64,000 bases of DNA from Gemmatimonas sp. (lineage in GTDB: Bacteria; Gemmatimonadota; Gemmatimonadetes; Gemmatimonadales; Gemmatimonadaceae), in the NCBI GenBank assembly GCA_031414535.1, contig JANNVQ010000040.1:32001-96000 (forward strand), in the 5' to 3' direction. A program made the position numbers and the translations under genes. The first letter of the stretch is position 1, and each line of letters starts with the position of its first letter. Shown piece after piece: positions 1-8,453 of the stretch. Below the pieces are notes generated by a model, which searched no databases, was not told the DNA's origin, and saw nothing but the letters and a program-made list of their open reading frames with translations.

Positions 1-497
1 TGCTGCTCGCGCTTTCGCAGCGGCCCGACCTGCTCGTGCTCGACGAGCCCACTGATGGTTTGGATCCCGTCGTGCGTCGCGACGTGCTCTCGGCGCTCGT
101 GGAGTTCGTGGACTCGCAGAAGGCCACCGTGCTCATCTCCTCGCATTTGGTGCACGAGCAGGAGCGCATCTGCGACTGGGTGGGTGTGATGGATGCTGGC
201 CGTCTGGTCGCGGAGCTACCAATGCAGGAGTTCCGCTCGGGGATTAAGCGCTTGCGCGTGCACCGTGCGCCGCTGGCGGCCGATGCGCTGCCTTGCGCGC
301 TGCTCAACCGCTCGACGAGCGGGCCCGACACCGAGACGTGGGTCGTGCGTGGCTGGCAGCCGGAGATGAAGGAGTGGTTCACGCGCGCGGGCGCTGAGCT
401 GCGCGACGTTGAGGATCTCGACCTGGAAGAGAGCTTCGTAGAAATGCTGAGCGGCGCCCGTGCCGCCAGCTCGGGCCCGCTCGTGGAGGGACGCTGA
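1..497 (+). CDS. ABC transporter ATP-binding protein, 5'-truncated by window edge
   Basis: Frame open from base 3; Walker B/D-loop LLVLDEPTDGLDP and H-loop ISSH. Confidence 0.9.
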   Translation, partial: LLALSQRPDLLVLDEPTDGLDPVVRRDVLSALVEFVDSQKATVLISSHLVHEQERICDWVGVMDAGRLVAELPMQEFRSGIKRLRVHRAPLAADALPCALLNRSTSGPDTETWVVRGWQPEMKEWFTRAGAELRDVEDLDLEESFVEMLSGARAASSGPLVEGR

Positions 498-1150
498 TGT
501 TTGCGATGGTGCTTCGTACCCAATGGAATTGGACGCGCGCTGCGGTGATTGGCTTTGCGGCGCTGGCCTTTGTGTTCCCCGCCTTGGCCTGGCGTCTCGC
601 CAGCGTCGCGTCGAACGGGCCGGACTCCCTGCAGGTCATGGATGGCTTTGCCGCACTCGGACCCATGCTTGGCTTCCTCTCCCTACTTGGCCCCTTCGTG
701 CTCTCCGCGCTGCCTTGGGGCATCGATCACGAGACTAAGCACGTGTATCCGCTCTCGCTGCCCATCACATGGACTCGCTGGGTGGCGATGCGCTTCGCGG
801 CCGGCGCGCTCACGCTGCTGCTACCGGCCTTGGCTTTGTACTTGGGATCGCGGCTGACACTTAGCATGCTTGAGCTGCCGCCACTGCTGCGCGGCTATGC
901 AGGGGCCTTGGCGTTCCGCTTCTTGCTCGCCTGCTTGGTGGCTTACGGGCTCACGTTTGCGCTCCAGTACTTGGCCGGCAAGCGTGCGGCGGTCGTCGCG
1001 CTCGTCCTTCTGTTGATTCTTTCAGCGCTGCTGATGGGGCTGGCAGTGCTCGGCATGAGCGACGTCGCGGAGTCCATTGGACGCGCGATATTCGAATGGC
1101 CCGGACCGCTCGCTATCTTCGTTGAGCCGTGGACCTTGATCGATGTCTGA
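497..1150 (+). CDS. ABC-2 type permease-like membrane protein
   Basis: About 6 hydrophobic segments; TGATG overlap with the ATPase; YPLSLPITW motif. Confidence 0.7.
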   Translation: MFAMVLRTQWNWTRAAVIGFAALAFVFPALAWRLASVASNGPDSLQVMDGFAALGPMLGFLSLLGPFVLSALPWGIDHETKHVYPLSLPITWTRWVAMRFAAGALTLLLPALALYLGSRLTLSMLELPPLLRGYAGALAFRFLLACLVAYGLTFALQYLAGKRAAVVALVLLLILSALLMGLAVLGMSDVAESIGRAIFEWPGPLAIFVEPWTLIDV

Positions 1151-2150
1151 GTTCCGTTTCTTCCGTCGCGCTGCATCGGCCCTGGCGCTCGCACTTTGCG
1201 CCGCCTTGCCAGCGTCCGCGCAGTCGTCTGCCGAGCTGGCGCTGCGCCGCGATTCCCTCGACCTGCGGTACAAGGCCGCTCGCGCTCGACTCGACACCGC
1301 GCAGAACTTGGCCCGTGCCGTACCGGACGATTCCTTGCTGCTGCATGGCGCCATCCTGCGCTTCAATAGCGCGAATCTCGACGAGCGCGAGCGGCGTAGC
1401 CTCACGCGCGCCTTCGACGTGGCCGCGGCAGATTTGCAGTCGCTCTTCGGCCCGGACGGCACGTCCCTGTTGGAAGGGCAGATCTGGTTCGTGACGGTTA
1501 CGGGACCGTTCACCGGGCGTAGTAAGGCGCAGCTTGGACTTGAGACGCTGGAGAACGGCCGTCGCACCACAGAGTCCTTGAACCTGCCCATTCGCACTGA
1601 AGGAGTCGTGGACATTGTGCGCCGGCGATCTGGGCGCCAGTTGGTGTCCACGCAACCGCGCATTCGCGACTGGACTGCGGGATTCAGATTGGATGAAGAA
1701 CCAACGACGACGCACTACTTCGCGCACCGGCATCTCGCCTTGCACCAATCGGGCCCTGCGCGTCGCTGCGCTCGGGGAAGCATCGATGCCTGCGCCGACA
1801 TCTTTGATCCCTCCGTTCGAGATCGCTGGTTTGATCCCACGGACATCGTAAACGTGGATCGCGACCCCACGAGCGGTGCCGTGCGCGAGTCCGTGCTGCG
1901 CTACGCGGTGGAGCTCGACGGTCCGGGAGTGCTGCGCGCGTTCCAATCGCCAGCCGACAGCACGCGTGATCGTATTGACTTCATCGCCGCCGCGGTCAAC
2001 CAGGAGCCCGACGAGTTTCTCCGAGGCTGGCAGGCTCGCCTCGCGGAGGCCGGTGCGGTGCGAGTGCGCGCAACGCCAGGCAGCGTCGTAGCCGCACTGG
2101 GATGGTTTGCACTCTGCGGGATTGTCGCCACGCGCCGGAGGCCCAAGTGA
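1143..2150 (+). CDS. Exported protein with C-terminal membrane anchor, unknown function
   Basis: Signal peptide (ALPASA), C-terminal TM plus RRRPK; overlaps upstream gene. Confidence 0.75.
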   Translation: MSEFRFFRRAASALALALCAALPASAQSSAELALRRDSLDLRYKAARARLDTAQNLARAVPDDSLLLHGAILRFNSANLDERERRSLTRAFDVAAADLQSLFGPDGTSLLEGQIWFVTVTGPFTGRSKAQLGLETLENGRRTTESLNLPIRTEGVVDIVRRRSGRQLVSTQPRIRDWTAGFRLDEEPTTTHYFAHRHLALHQSGPARRCARGSIDACADIFDPSVRDRWFDPTDIVNVDRDPTSGAVRESVLRYAVELDGPGVLRAFQSPADSTRDRIDFIAAAVNQEPDEFLRGWQARLAEAGAVRVRATPGSVVAALGWFALCGIVATRRRPK

Positions 2151-3229
2151 TCCGCCGATTCCTCACGCTCGCGGCCGTCCCCGCGACGGTCTTCGCGTTC
2201 TATACCATCGCCCCCAAGCCAGGCGAGCGCCAGTCGCTCCGGCTCAGCGTATTTGATCGTCTGCCAGCGGTCTCCTCTGCGTACGTGGAGCAAAGCCGCT
2301 TAGCAGACACGTTACGGGCCGTGACCTTTGCCTTGCAGCGAACCGTGGCTTGGGAAGTCGCGCGCGCCGTACCCGCGGGGCCCTCGCTCACGGACGTCGT
2401 GGTGTTGCCGGGCGTTCCATCGGACGTTGCCCAACACTTTGCGAAGCGAGCGCGCGAACAGTTCGCGCGCTACGCCCAACCGCGCGTGCCGCTTCGCGTC
2501 GTCATCTCGGCAAACGACCAAGCGCTGGGATACCGCAAATACACCGTGTTGCCACAGACCCAGGCCCAGCCCTGCGTTGTCGTCATCCAGATTTCTCCCA
2601 AAGTACGCGGACTCCCCCCCGCCGATGGCGATGGGCTCATCGGTGCCTGCGGCTTCTACGCAAAGTTTGGTCGCCCTGGAAGCGGCATGCTGGAGTGGCT
2701 CAAGAATTCGCGCGGCATCGCTGCGGCAATCGACACGAGCGCAGGGATGAGTCCGCGCCGGCAAACGCGGGAGAAACTTGCCGGTGCAGAAATCGGATTC
2801 TCGGCGTTCGAGGCAGCCTGTCTTGCCGGCCGCGATGATGGCTGCGTGGCGGCCGTACTCGATCCTCTTGGCGCGCAACAATCGCGCCCAATCATCGTGC
2901 CCACGGAGCAGACCATTGGCGTGTTTTCCTCAGGCCCAAGCTCGGGACAGTATGTGCCTGGCAACACCTTGGCCAACCTTCGCGCCCACGTCGGCGATGC
3001 GCGCTTCCAGGACATCTGGTCCTCGTCCGAGCGCGTGGACCAAGCGTATGAAACGGCAACGGGCGAACACATCGCTGTGTTCGCCCGCAAACTCCTACTC
3101 CTCGATACTTACCCGCACAAACCCGGCCCGCTGCGCGGCGGTCTCCCGCTGCTTTTGGGCCTGAGCATCGGCCTCACCGCAGCGGCGTGGGCCATTGCAC
3201 ACACGCGCCGCGAGCGCAGTGGAACCTGA
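2147..3229 (+). CDS. Exported/membrane-anchored protein, probable paralog of upstream gene
   Basis: GTGA overlap start at 2147; N- and C-terminal hydrophobic segments; CxxGx4C motif. Confidence 0.7.
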   Translation: MIRRFLTLAAVPATVFAFYTIAPKPGERQSLRLSVFDRLPAVSSAYVEQSRLADTLRAVTFALQRTVAWEVARAVPAGPSLTDVVVLPGVPSDVAQHFAKRAREQFARYAQPRVPLRVVISANDQALGYRKYTVLPQTQAQPCVVVIQISPKVRGLPPADGDGLIGACGFYAKFGRPGSGMLEWLKNSRGIAAAIDTSAGMSPRRQTREKLAGAEIGFSAFEAACLAGRDDGCVAAVLDPLGAQQSRPIIVPTEQTIGVFSSGPSSGQYVPGNTLANLRAHVGDARFQDIWSSSERVDQAYETATGEHIAVFARKLLLLDTYPHKPGPLRGGLPLLLGLSIGLTAAAWAIAHTRRERSGT

Positions 3230-3235
3230 TACTGA

Positions 3236-3814
3236 TCAGGGTTGCGCGGTCATCGCCGCAACCTTGGTCTGTACCATGTCTCTGATGCGAATCTCGAGAT
3301 CGCCCATGGACACGCACCGCACGTCCTGCGTGCTTGACGTCACGGGATTGCGACCGGTCGCCTGAATGGTGGTCCCCACCACGGCACCGCCACTCGGGTT
3401 GGCGGTCACGTTCGTCATGATGGTCATCGTGATGGAATAGGTCTCGGCGTTCTCGATGGTCCCCGAGCGGCCGCAGTCGATGTAGCGCTGCATGGGAATG
3501 CGTCCGATCTGGCGACGCGTGCGCCAGCCATCATTGCCGAGCAGCTTGCGTCCATCGTCCTTCATCGTGAGCGGGATGCCGAGCTCCTCGTAAACCTGAG
3601 GCAGCACGGACCAGACCTGCGCGGCGGTGCCGGTCGAGAGCAAGCGGATGTTGTTGTCCACGTTGGCCGTGTTGAGCGAGACGCCGCCGCCACCAGAAGA
3701 CGTGACGACGCGTTCGGTGCGCACGGTTGGCGCGCCGACGGGCGCGGGCCCAGACGATGCACCGCTACAGGCGGCGGTTACGAGCACAACGGCTGCGAAG
3801 AGCGGGCGACGCAT
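3236..3814 (-). CDS. Hypothetical lipoprotein
   Basis: Lipobox TAAC after signal peptide; GAGGT RBS. Confidence 0.75.
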   Translation of the reverse strand: MRRPLFAAVVLVTAACSGASSGPAPVGAPTVRTERVVTSSGGGGVSLNTANVDNNIRLLSTGTAAQVWSVLPQVYEELGIPLTMKDDGRKLLGNDGWRTRRQIGRIPMQRYIDCGRSGTIENAETYSITMTIMTNVTANPSGGAVVGTTIQATGRNPVTSSTQDVRCVSMGDLEIRIRDMVQTKVAAMTAQP

Positions 3815-3826
3815 GGGAGACCTCGG

Positions 3827-3894
3827 GCGAGTGTTGGCGAGAGTTGGCGAGAGTTTGCGAGAGCTTGCGAGAGCTTGCGAGAGCTTGCAAGAGC
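3827..3894. repeat. 10-bp tandem repeat (GAGCTTGCGA consensus), about 6-7 degenerate copies
   Basis: gtgttggcga gagttggcga gagtttgcga gagcttgcga gagcttgcga gagcttgcaa. Confidence 0.9.
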
Positions 3895-3938
3895 CTTCAG
3901 AGGCGCTACCCCAGTCAGACAGGGCACTTGCCGAGAAG

Positions 3939-5234
3939 TTAACGCTCTGGACTGGCGGTCCGCACTTCCCTCAAGAGCTCGGCTCTGAAGCGGTGGTAAT
4001 CCACCTCGGTGGAGTGCCGTGGCCCTGCCTCCCAGTTGTAGTGCGGGCTCGCGAGTTCGGCGGCGATGGAGGCACTCAGGTTCAGGGGGCGGCGGTAGCG
4101 TCCCTTGATCTCCAAGCAGGCCAGCCGGGCCTGATGATCCGCCAAGGGCCAGATGCAGCCCAATGGCTGAAACAGCCCAATGAAATACAGCGTGGGATAG
4201 TCCCCGTGAAACATCTTCCGCCACAGCGGCACCTGCTCCGCGTCTTCGAAGTTGGCGATGGCGGCGTCAAAGAATGGGAACGTGATCTTGAATCCCGTGG
4301 CGGCAACTACGACGTCGTATTGCTCGCGAGAGCCATCGGTGAATTGCACCCCATCGCCATCCCAACTCTTGATGCCAGGCTTCGGGACGATGCGCCCGTG
4401 GCGAATCACATCGAGCAGGTCCGAGTTCACCGTGGGGTGGTGATTCATCACCGGCTGCGTGTTCTCGGGGAGTCCGATGTCGGCGTAGCGGCCTTGCACT
4501 AGGCGCATGAGCCGCGTGAGGCCGACCTGACGCAGCACGCGCGGGAGCCACGTGGAGCGCGAGGCGAGGACGTCCGCAGGCAAGCCGAAGAGGTACTTGG
4601 GAATGAACCACTGCGGGCGGCGCATAGACAGATGCACGGAGGCCGCAACGCGCGCGGCTTCCACGGCCACGTCGCAGGCCGAGTTGCCGGCGCCGATCAC
4701 CAGAATGCGCTGGTCGCGCCACGAATCATCTACGCGCTTGAAGTCGTGCGAGTGCAGATACTTGCCCGTGAACTCGCCGGGATAGCTGGGGTGACGCGGA
4801 TTCCAGTGATGGCCATTGGCGACCATCAGATGGGTGTAGCGCGCGGTGGTATCCGCTCCAGCGGCGTTGCGCACGCTCACATCCCACTGATCACCCTGCA
4901 CCGGAGTGGCATTGAGCACCTGATGATGGAACTGCACGCGCTCGAGCACGCCAAACTGCCGCGCGTAGGACTCGAAGTAGGCCTGCACCTGGCGATGATT
5001 CGGATAATCCGGGTACGTGGCGGGCATCGGGAAATCCTCGTACGACGACAGCGTCTTGGACGAGATGATGTGCGTGTTTTCGTAGACGCTCGAGTGCCCG
5101 GTGGCGTCGTCGAAGACCCAATTGCCCCCAACGGCCCCCGAGCGCTCGAAGTGGTCGTACGGGATGCCCGCTTCGAGGCAATTCTTGGCGGCGGTAAGGC
5201 CTGAGGGCCCGGCTCCAATGATGCAGACTCGCAT
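3939..5234 (-). CDS. Flavin-containing monooxygenase (class B, FMO-like)
   Basis: GAGPSG FAD motif, FxGxxxHSxxF FMO motif, GAGNSA NADPH motif, ATGF. Confidence 0.92.
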   Translation of the reverse strand: MRVCIIGAGPSGLTAAKNCLEAGIPYDHFERSGAVGGNWVFDDATGHSSVYENTHIISSKTLSSYEDFPMPATYPDYPNHRQVQAYFESYARQFGVLERVQFHHQVLNATPVQGDQWDVSVRNAAGADTTARYTHLMVANGHHWNPRHPSYPGEFTGKYLHSHDFKRVDDSWRDQRILVIGAGNSACDVAVEAARVAASVHLSMRRPQWFIPKYLFGLPADVLASRSTWLPRVLRQVGLTRLMRLVQGRYADIGLPENTQPVMNHHPTVNSDLLDVIRHGRIVPKPGIKSWDGDGVQFTDGSREQYDVVVAATGFKITFPFFDAAIANFEDAEQVPLWRKMFHGDYPTLYFIGLFQPLGCIWPLADHQARLACLEIKGRYRRPLNLSASIAAELASPHYNWEAGPRHSTEVDYHRFRAELLREVRTASPER

Positions 5235-5269
5235 GGCGTGAAATTAGGCCGCGTCGCGTAAGAACGCGA

Positions 5270-5303
5270 CGAAGCCCCGCAGACGGAGGTCGGCGGGGCT
5301 TCG
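5270..5303. terminator. GC-rich hairpin, probable terminator of the tRNA operon
   Basis: CGAAGCCCCGC...GCGGGGCTTCG inverted repeat. Confidence 0.65.
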
Positions 5304-5320
5304 AGAATTTTACATGTCAG

Positions 5321-5392
5321 AGCCACAGGTGGGAATTGAACCCACGACCGCTCGATTACGAATCGAGTGCTCTACCCCTGAGCTACTGTGGC
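5321..5392 (-). tRNA. tRNA-Thr(CGT)
   Basis: Cloverleaf; anticodon arm CTCGA-TTCGTAA-TCGAG. Confidence 0.95.
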
Positions 5393-5427
5393 GGGGAGAG
5401 GATCCCACCTGCAACCTGCACTGCAAA

Positions 5428-5509
5428 TGCCCTGGCGCGGACTCGAACCGCGACGCCTTGCGGCACCACCCCCTCAAGATGGCGTGTCTACCAATTTCAC
5501 CACCAGGGC
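5428..5509 (-). tRNA. tRNA-Leu(GAG)
   Basis: Long variable arm; loop TTGAGGG; GGTTCGAGTCC T-arm. Confidence 0.95.
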
Positions 5510-5573
5510 GAACTCGGACGGAAGACGGATGACGGATGCTAACAGCTACCGTCATGCGTTATCCATCTTCCAA

Positions 5574-5648
5574 CGGGAGCGACGGGGCTCGAACCCGCGA
5601 CCTCTCGAGTGACAGTCGAGTGCTCTAACCAAACTGAGCTACGCCCCC
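5574..5648 (-). tRNA. tRNA-Asp(GTC)
   Basis: Anticodon arm CTCGA-CTGTCAC-TCGAG. Confidence 0.95.
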
Positions 5649-5737
5649 AAACACATTCCTTCCGTGCTACCGACGGGCGTGGCGCGCTGTGTACTCGCGT
5701 CCATCGTCCGTCTTCCGTCCGCCCGTTAGGGCGAAAG

Positions 5738-5809
5738 TAGCCCCAACGGGAATCGAACCCGTCTCTGCACCTTGAAAGGGTGCCGTCCTAACCGATAGAC
5801 GATGGGGCC
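5738..5809 (-). tRNA. tRNA-Glu(TTC)
   Basis: Anticodon arm GCACC-CTTTCAA-GGTGC. Confidence 0.95.
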
Positions 5810-5841
5810 GACGAACTACTGACCTGCACCTGCAAACCACA

Positions 5842-5914
5842 TAGCGGTAACGGGATTCGAACCCGTGTTCCAGCCTTGAGAGGGCCGTGTCCTAGTCCCC
5901 TAGACGATACCGCC
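5842..5914 (-). tRNA. tRNA-Glu(CTC)
   Basis: Anticodon arm CGGCC-CTCTCAA-GGCTG. Confidence 0.95.
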
Positions 5915-6007
5915 GTAGATGCTGCATGACGGATGACGGATGCTTCACGCAGCGACCGTATCCGACATTCCTGCGCCCTGCTTCCGTCATCCGTCTTCCG
6001 TCAGAAA

Positions 6008-6080
6008 CAGGCCCGGCGGGAATCGAACCCCCAACCGCCGGTTTTGGAGACCGGTGCTCTACCAATTGAGCTACGGACCT
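6008..6080 (-). tRNA. tRNA-Trp(CCA)
   Basis: Anticodon arm CCGGT-CTCCAAA-ACCGG. Confidence 0.95.
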
Positions 6081-6093
6081 AAGACCCACGAGG

Positions 6094-6168
6094 GGTGGCT
6101 GACGGGAATCGAACCCGCGACCCTCGGAACCACAATCCGATGCTCTAACCGACTGAGCTACAGCCACC
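6094..6168 (-). tRNA. tRNA-His(GTG), with encoded G-1
   Basis: Anticodon arm TCGGA-TTGTGGT-TCCGA; G-1:C73 pair. Confidence 0.95.
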
Positions 6169-6198
6169 ATAGCCCGGTTCAAAAACCGGGAGACACGG

Positions 6199-6227
6199 AA
6201 ACTAGTGGAGCACTCGATGCTTATCAA
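6199..6227 (-). promoter_or_regulatory. Sigma70-like promoter for tRNA operon
   Basis: TTGATA-N17-TAGTTT on minus strand. Confidence 0.6.
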
Positions 6228-6288
6228 CCCGGACGGATGACGAATGACGGACGCTTCGAGCATCCGTCGTCCGTCATCCGTCTTCAAC

Positions 6289-6855
6289 TCAGTCCTTCGC
6301 CCTATCCATATACTCGCCGGTGTTCGGATTCACGCGAACCCGCTCGCCCGAGGCGATGAACTCCGGCACATTGATCGTCACGCCATTCTCGAGGACCGCC
6401 GGCTTGGTGCTCGCCGTCTTCGTCGCCGTCTTCATCACAGGCGCCGTGTCCACAATCTCAAAGTTCAAGAACTGCGGAAGCTGCACCGACATCGGCTTCC
6501 CGTTATAAAACTCCACCATCACCATCATGTTGTCCTGCATCCACTGCGCGTTGTCGCCCAGTGTCTCGTCGTCCATCTCCATCTGCTCGTAGTTGTCCGT
6601 GTTCATGAAGTGGTACGCGTCACCACCCTTGTACAAGAACTGCAGCTCCTGCGTCTCCATGTCCGCCTTGTGGATCTGGTCGTCGGCGCGGAACCGGTGC
6701 TCGAAGTTGTTGCCTGAGCGCAGGTTCTTGAGCTTGGCCTGCACCATCGCGCGCAGATTGCCCGGCGTGTGGTGACGGAACTCGATGATACGGCAGGGAT
6801 CGTTTTCAAACACGATCACCATCCCGCGACGGATCTGGGTAGCCGGAAGAGCCAT
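6289..6855 (-). CDS. efp: Elongation factor P
   Basis: 188 aa; KPAVLENG..VPEFI..GE.VRVN..TGEY C-terminal signature; loop HTPGNLR. Confidence 0.95.
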   Translation of the reverse strand: MALPATQIRRGMVIVFENDPCRIIEFRHHTPGNLRAMVQAKLKNLRSGNNFEHRFRADDQIHKADMETQELQFLYKGGDAYHFMNTDNYEQMEMDDETLGDNAQWMQDNMMVMVEFYNGKPMSVQLPQFLNFEIVDTAPVMKTATKTASTKPAVLENGVTINVPEFIASGERVRVNPNTGEYMDRAKD

Positions 6856-6909
6856 TGGTCAGGCCAAAAAGAACGAGGTGAATCAGGACGTAAACGTAGA
6901 CAGCCTAGA

Positions 6910-6939
6910 AGTTTAACCCCGATTCACCCCGTTGGTCAA
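6910..6939 (-). promoter_or_regulatory. Sigma70-like promoter for efp
   Basis: TTGACC-N18-TAAACT. Confidence 0.5.
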
Positions 6940-7022
6940 CGGAGCTCGGCCAAGTGCCTAGATACCGGCCCGGGTGCCGGCCAACCGGACATTCCCCGGC
7001 TTGGCATGGGGGAGACTGCACC

Positions 7023-7748
7023 TCAGCGGGTCACCGCCCTGGGCACTTCGCGCAGAAGAGGCGAGAGCGTCAGCCACATATTGCGCGCGGCAATGCGTGC
7101 GCCCTCCTCTGTGGGATGAATGCCGTCGGGCTGATTGAGTTTAGACACGCCGGCGACTCCGTCGAGGAAGAACGGAATGAGGGTCACGCCCTGATCGGCC
7201 GCAACCGTCATAAAGAGATCGTGAAAGCGTCGCGTGTACGCCTGCCCAAGATTGGGTGGCGCTTCCATCTGCGCGAGCAGGATGCGCACCTGCGGGTTCA
7301 TGGCGCGCACTTTGAGGACGATTCCAACGATATTGGCCGCGGTCGTGTCGGGCTCCAAGCCGCGCAGGCCGTCATTGGCGCCGGTCTCAATGACCACCAC
7401 ATCGGGCTTGTCGCGTAACAGCCAATCGACGCGCCGCAGAGCGCCCGCCGAGGTCTCCCCGGAGAGTCCCGCATTCACCACTTGGATAGCCAGCCCGTTG
7501 GAATCGGCGAGCTGCTGGATCACCGCGGGGTAGGACGAGTCAGGATCGAGCCCCAGCCCGGCCGTGAGCGACGTGCCCACAAAGAGCACTCTGACACGTC
7601 CGTCCGTTGCCTGCGTAGGGACCACGGTAGTTGATTCCACCGGAACCTGCGCTACTGCGGCAGGCTTCGTCTCTGAGCCGCCGCAGGCCGTGAGCACTAG
7701 GCTCGCAGCCGCGCAGCTCCCTCGTACCATCAGTCCACTCAATCGCAT
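7023..7748 (-). CDS. tesA: Arylesterase/acyl-CoA thioesterase I (SGNH/GDSL), lipoprotein
   Basis: GTSL, NAGLSGETS, GANDGLRG, DGIHP blocks; lipobox LTAC. Confidence 0.9.
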   Translation of the reverse strand: MRLSGLMVRGSCAAASLVLTACGGSETKPAAVAQVPVESTTVVPTQATDGRVRVLFVGTSLTAGLGLDPDSSYPAVIQQLADSNGLAIQVVNAGLSGETSAGALRRVDWLLRDKPDVVVIETGANDGLRGLEPDTTAANIVGIVLKVRAMNPQVRILLAQMEAPPNLGQAYTRRFHDLFMTVAADQGVTLIPFFLDGVAGVSKLNQPDGIHPTEEGARIAARNMWLTLSPLLREVPRAVTR

Positions 7749-8453
7749 ATGCTCGTCGCTCGCGCTTTGACGAAGGAATACCGCAGCGGCACTGCCGCAT
7801 TGGCCGTGCTGCGTGATGTGTCGTTCGAGATTCCCAAAGGGGCCTTCGTCGCCATCGTAGGGCCCTCTGGCAGCGGCAAGACGACGCTCCTCGGCCTGCT
7901 TGCAGGACTCGACCAGCCGTCCCGCGGTGCCGTTGTTCTAGACGGATCAGACATGACGAAGCTCGACGAAGATGCTCGTGCGCGGCTCCGTGGGGAGAAA
8001 GTTGGGTTCATTTTCCAATCCTTTCAACTCATTCCTACACTTACGGCCCAAGAAAACGTCCAGGTCCCTCTGGAACTTCAGGGCCGTGCCGATGCCTCCG
8101 AGCGCGCGCGAGACCTCCTCGGCCGCGTTGGCCTGGGCGACCGCTTGGACCACTTCCCTACCCAGCTCTCCGGTGGTGAACAGCAGCGCGTCGCCATTGC
8201 GCGAGCCTTCGCCAATGAACCGCGCATCCTCTTTGCCGACGAACCCACCGGCAACCTCGATGGTGCCACGGGTGCGAAAATCGTCGCGCTGCTCGATCAG
8301 CTCAACCGCGAGTCCGGTGCCACGGTGGTGATTGTCACGCACGACCTCGGGCTCGCCGAGCATGCGCAGCGCGTGATTCGCCTGCGCGACGGGGTGGTGG
8401 TGGAAGATCGCCCCGGGGCGGGTGCCGCCATGCCGGTGGAGAAGGGCGCGTGA
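7749..8453 (+). CDS. ybbA: ABC ATP-binding protein, YbbA/LolD-like
   Basis: [26 protein letters not shown]; divergent from tesA. Confidence 0.88.
   Translation: MLVARALTKEYRSGTAALAVLRDVSFEIPKGAFVAIVGPSGSGKTTLLGLLAGLDQPSRGAVVLDGSDMTKLDEDARARLRGEKVGFIFQSFQLIPTLTAQENVQVPLELQGRADASERARDLLGRVGLGDRLDHFPTQLSGGEQQRVAIARAFANEPRILFADEPTGNLDGATGAKIVALLDQLNRESGATVVIVTHDLGLAEHAQRVIRLRDGVVVEDRPGAGAAMPVEKGA

Larger units (their letters stand above)
5517..6282. repeat. Heptamer GACGGAW tandem arrays in inverted pairs within tRNA spacers (5517-5571, 5701-5720, 5928-6002, 6232-6282)
   Basis: GACGGAA GACGGAT GACGGAT facing TTCCGTC ATCCGTC TTCCGTC. Confidence 0.85.

Noticed and set aside
3827..3894. CRISPR array (also considered for 22243-22323 and the heptamers)
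   Set aside because: Units are 7-12 bp with no unique spacers; no cas genes
3627..4502. 291-aa plus-strand ORF spanning the 10-bp repeat
   Set aside because: Antisense to two well-supported genes; its repetitive peptide comes from the DNA repeat
5310..6359. Short ORFs over the tRNA cluster
   Set aside because: Region is fully explained by seven tRNAs and their spacers
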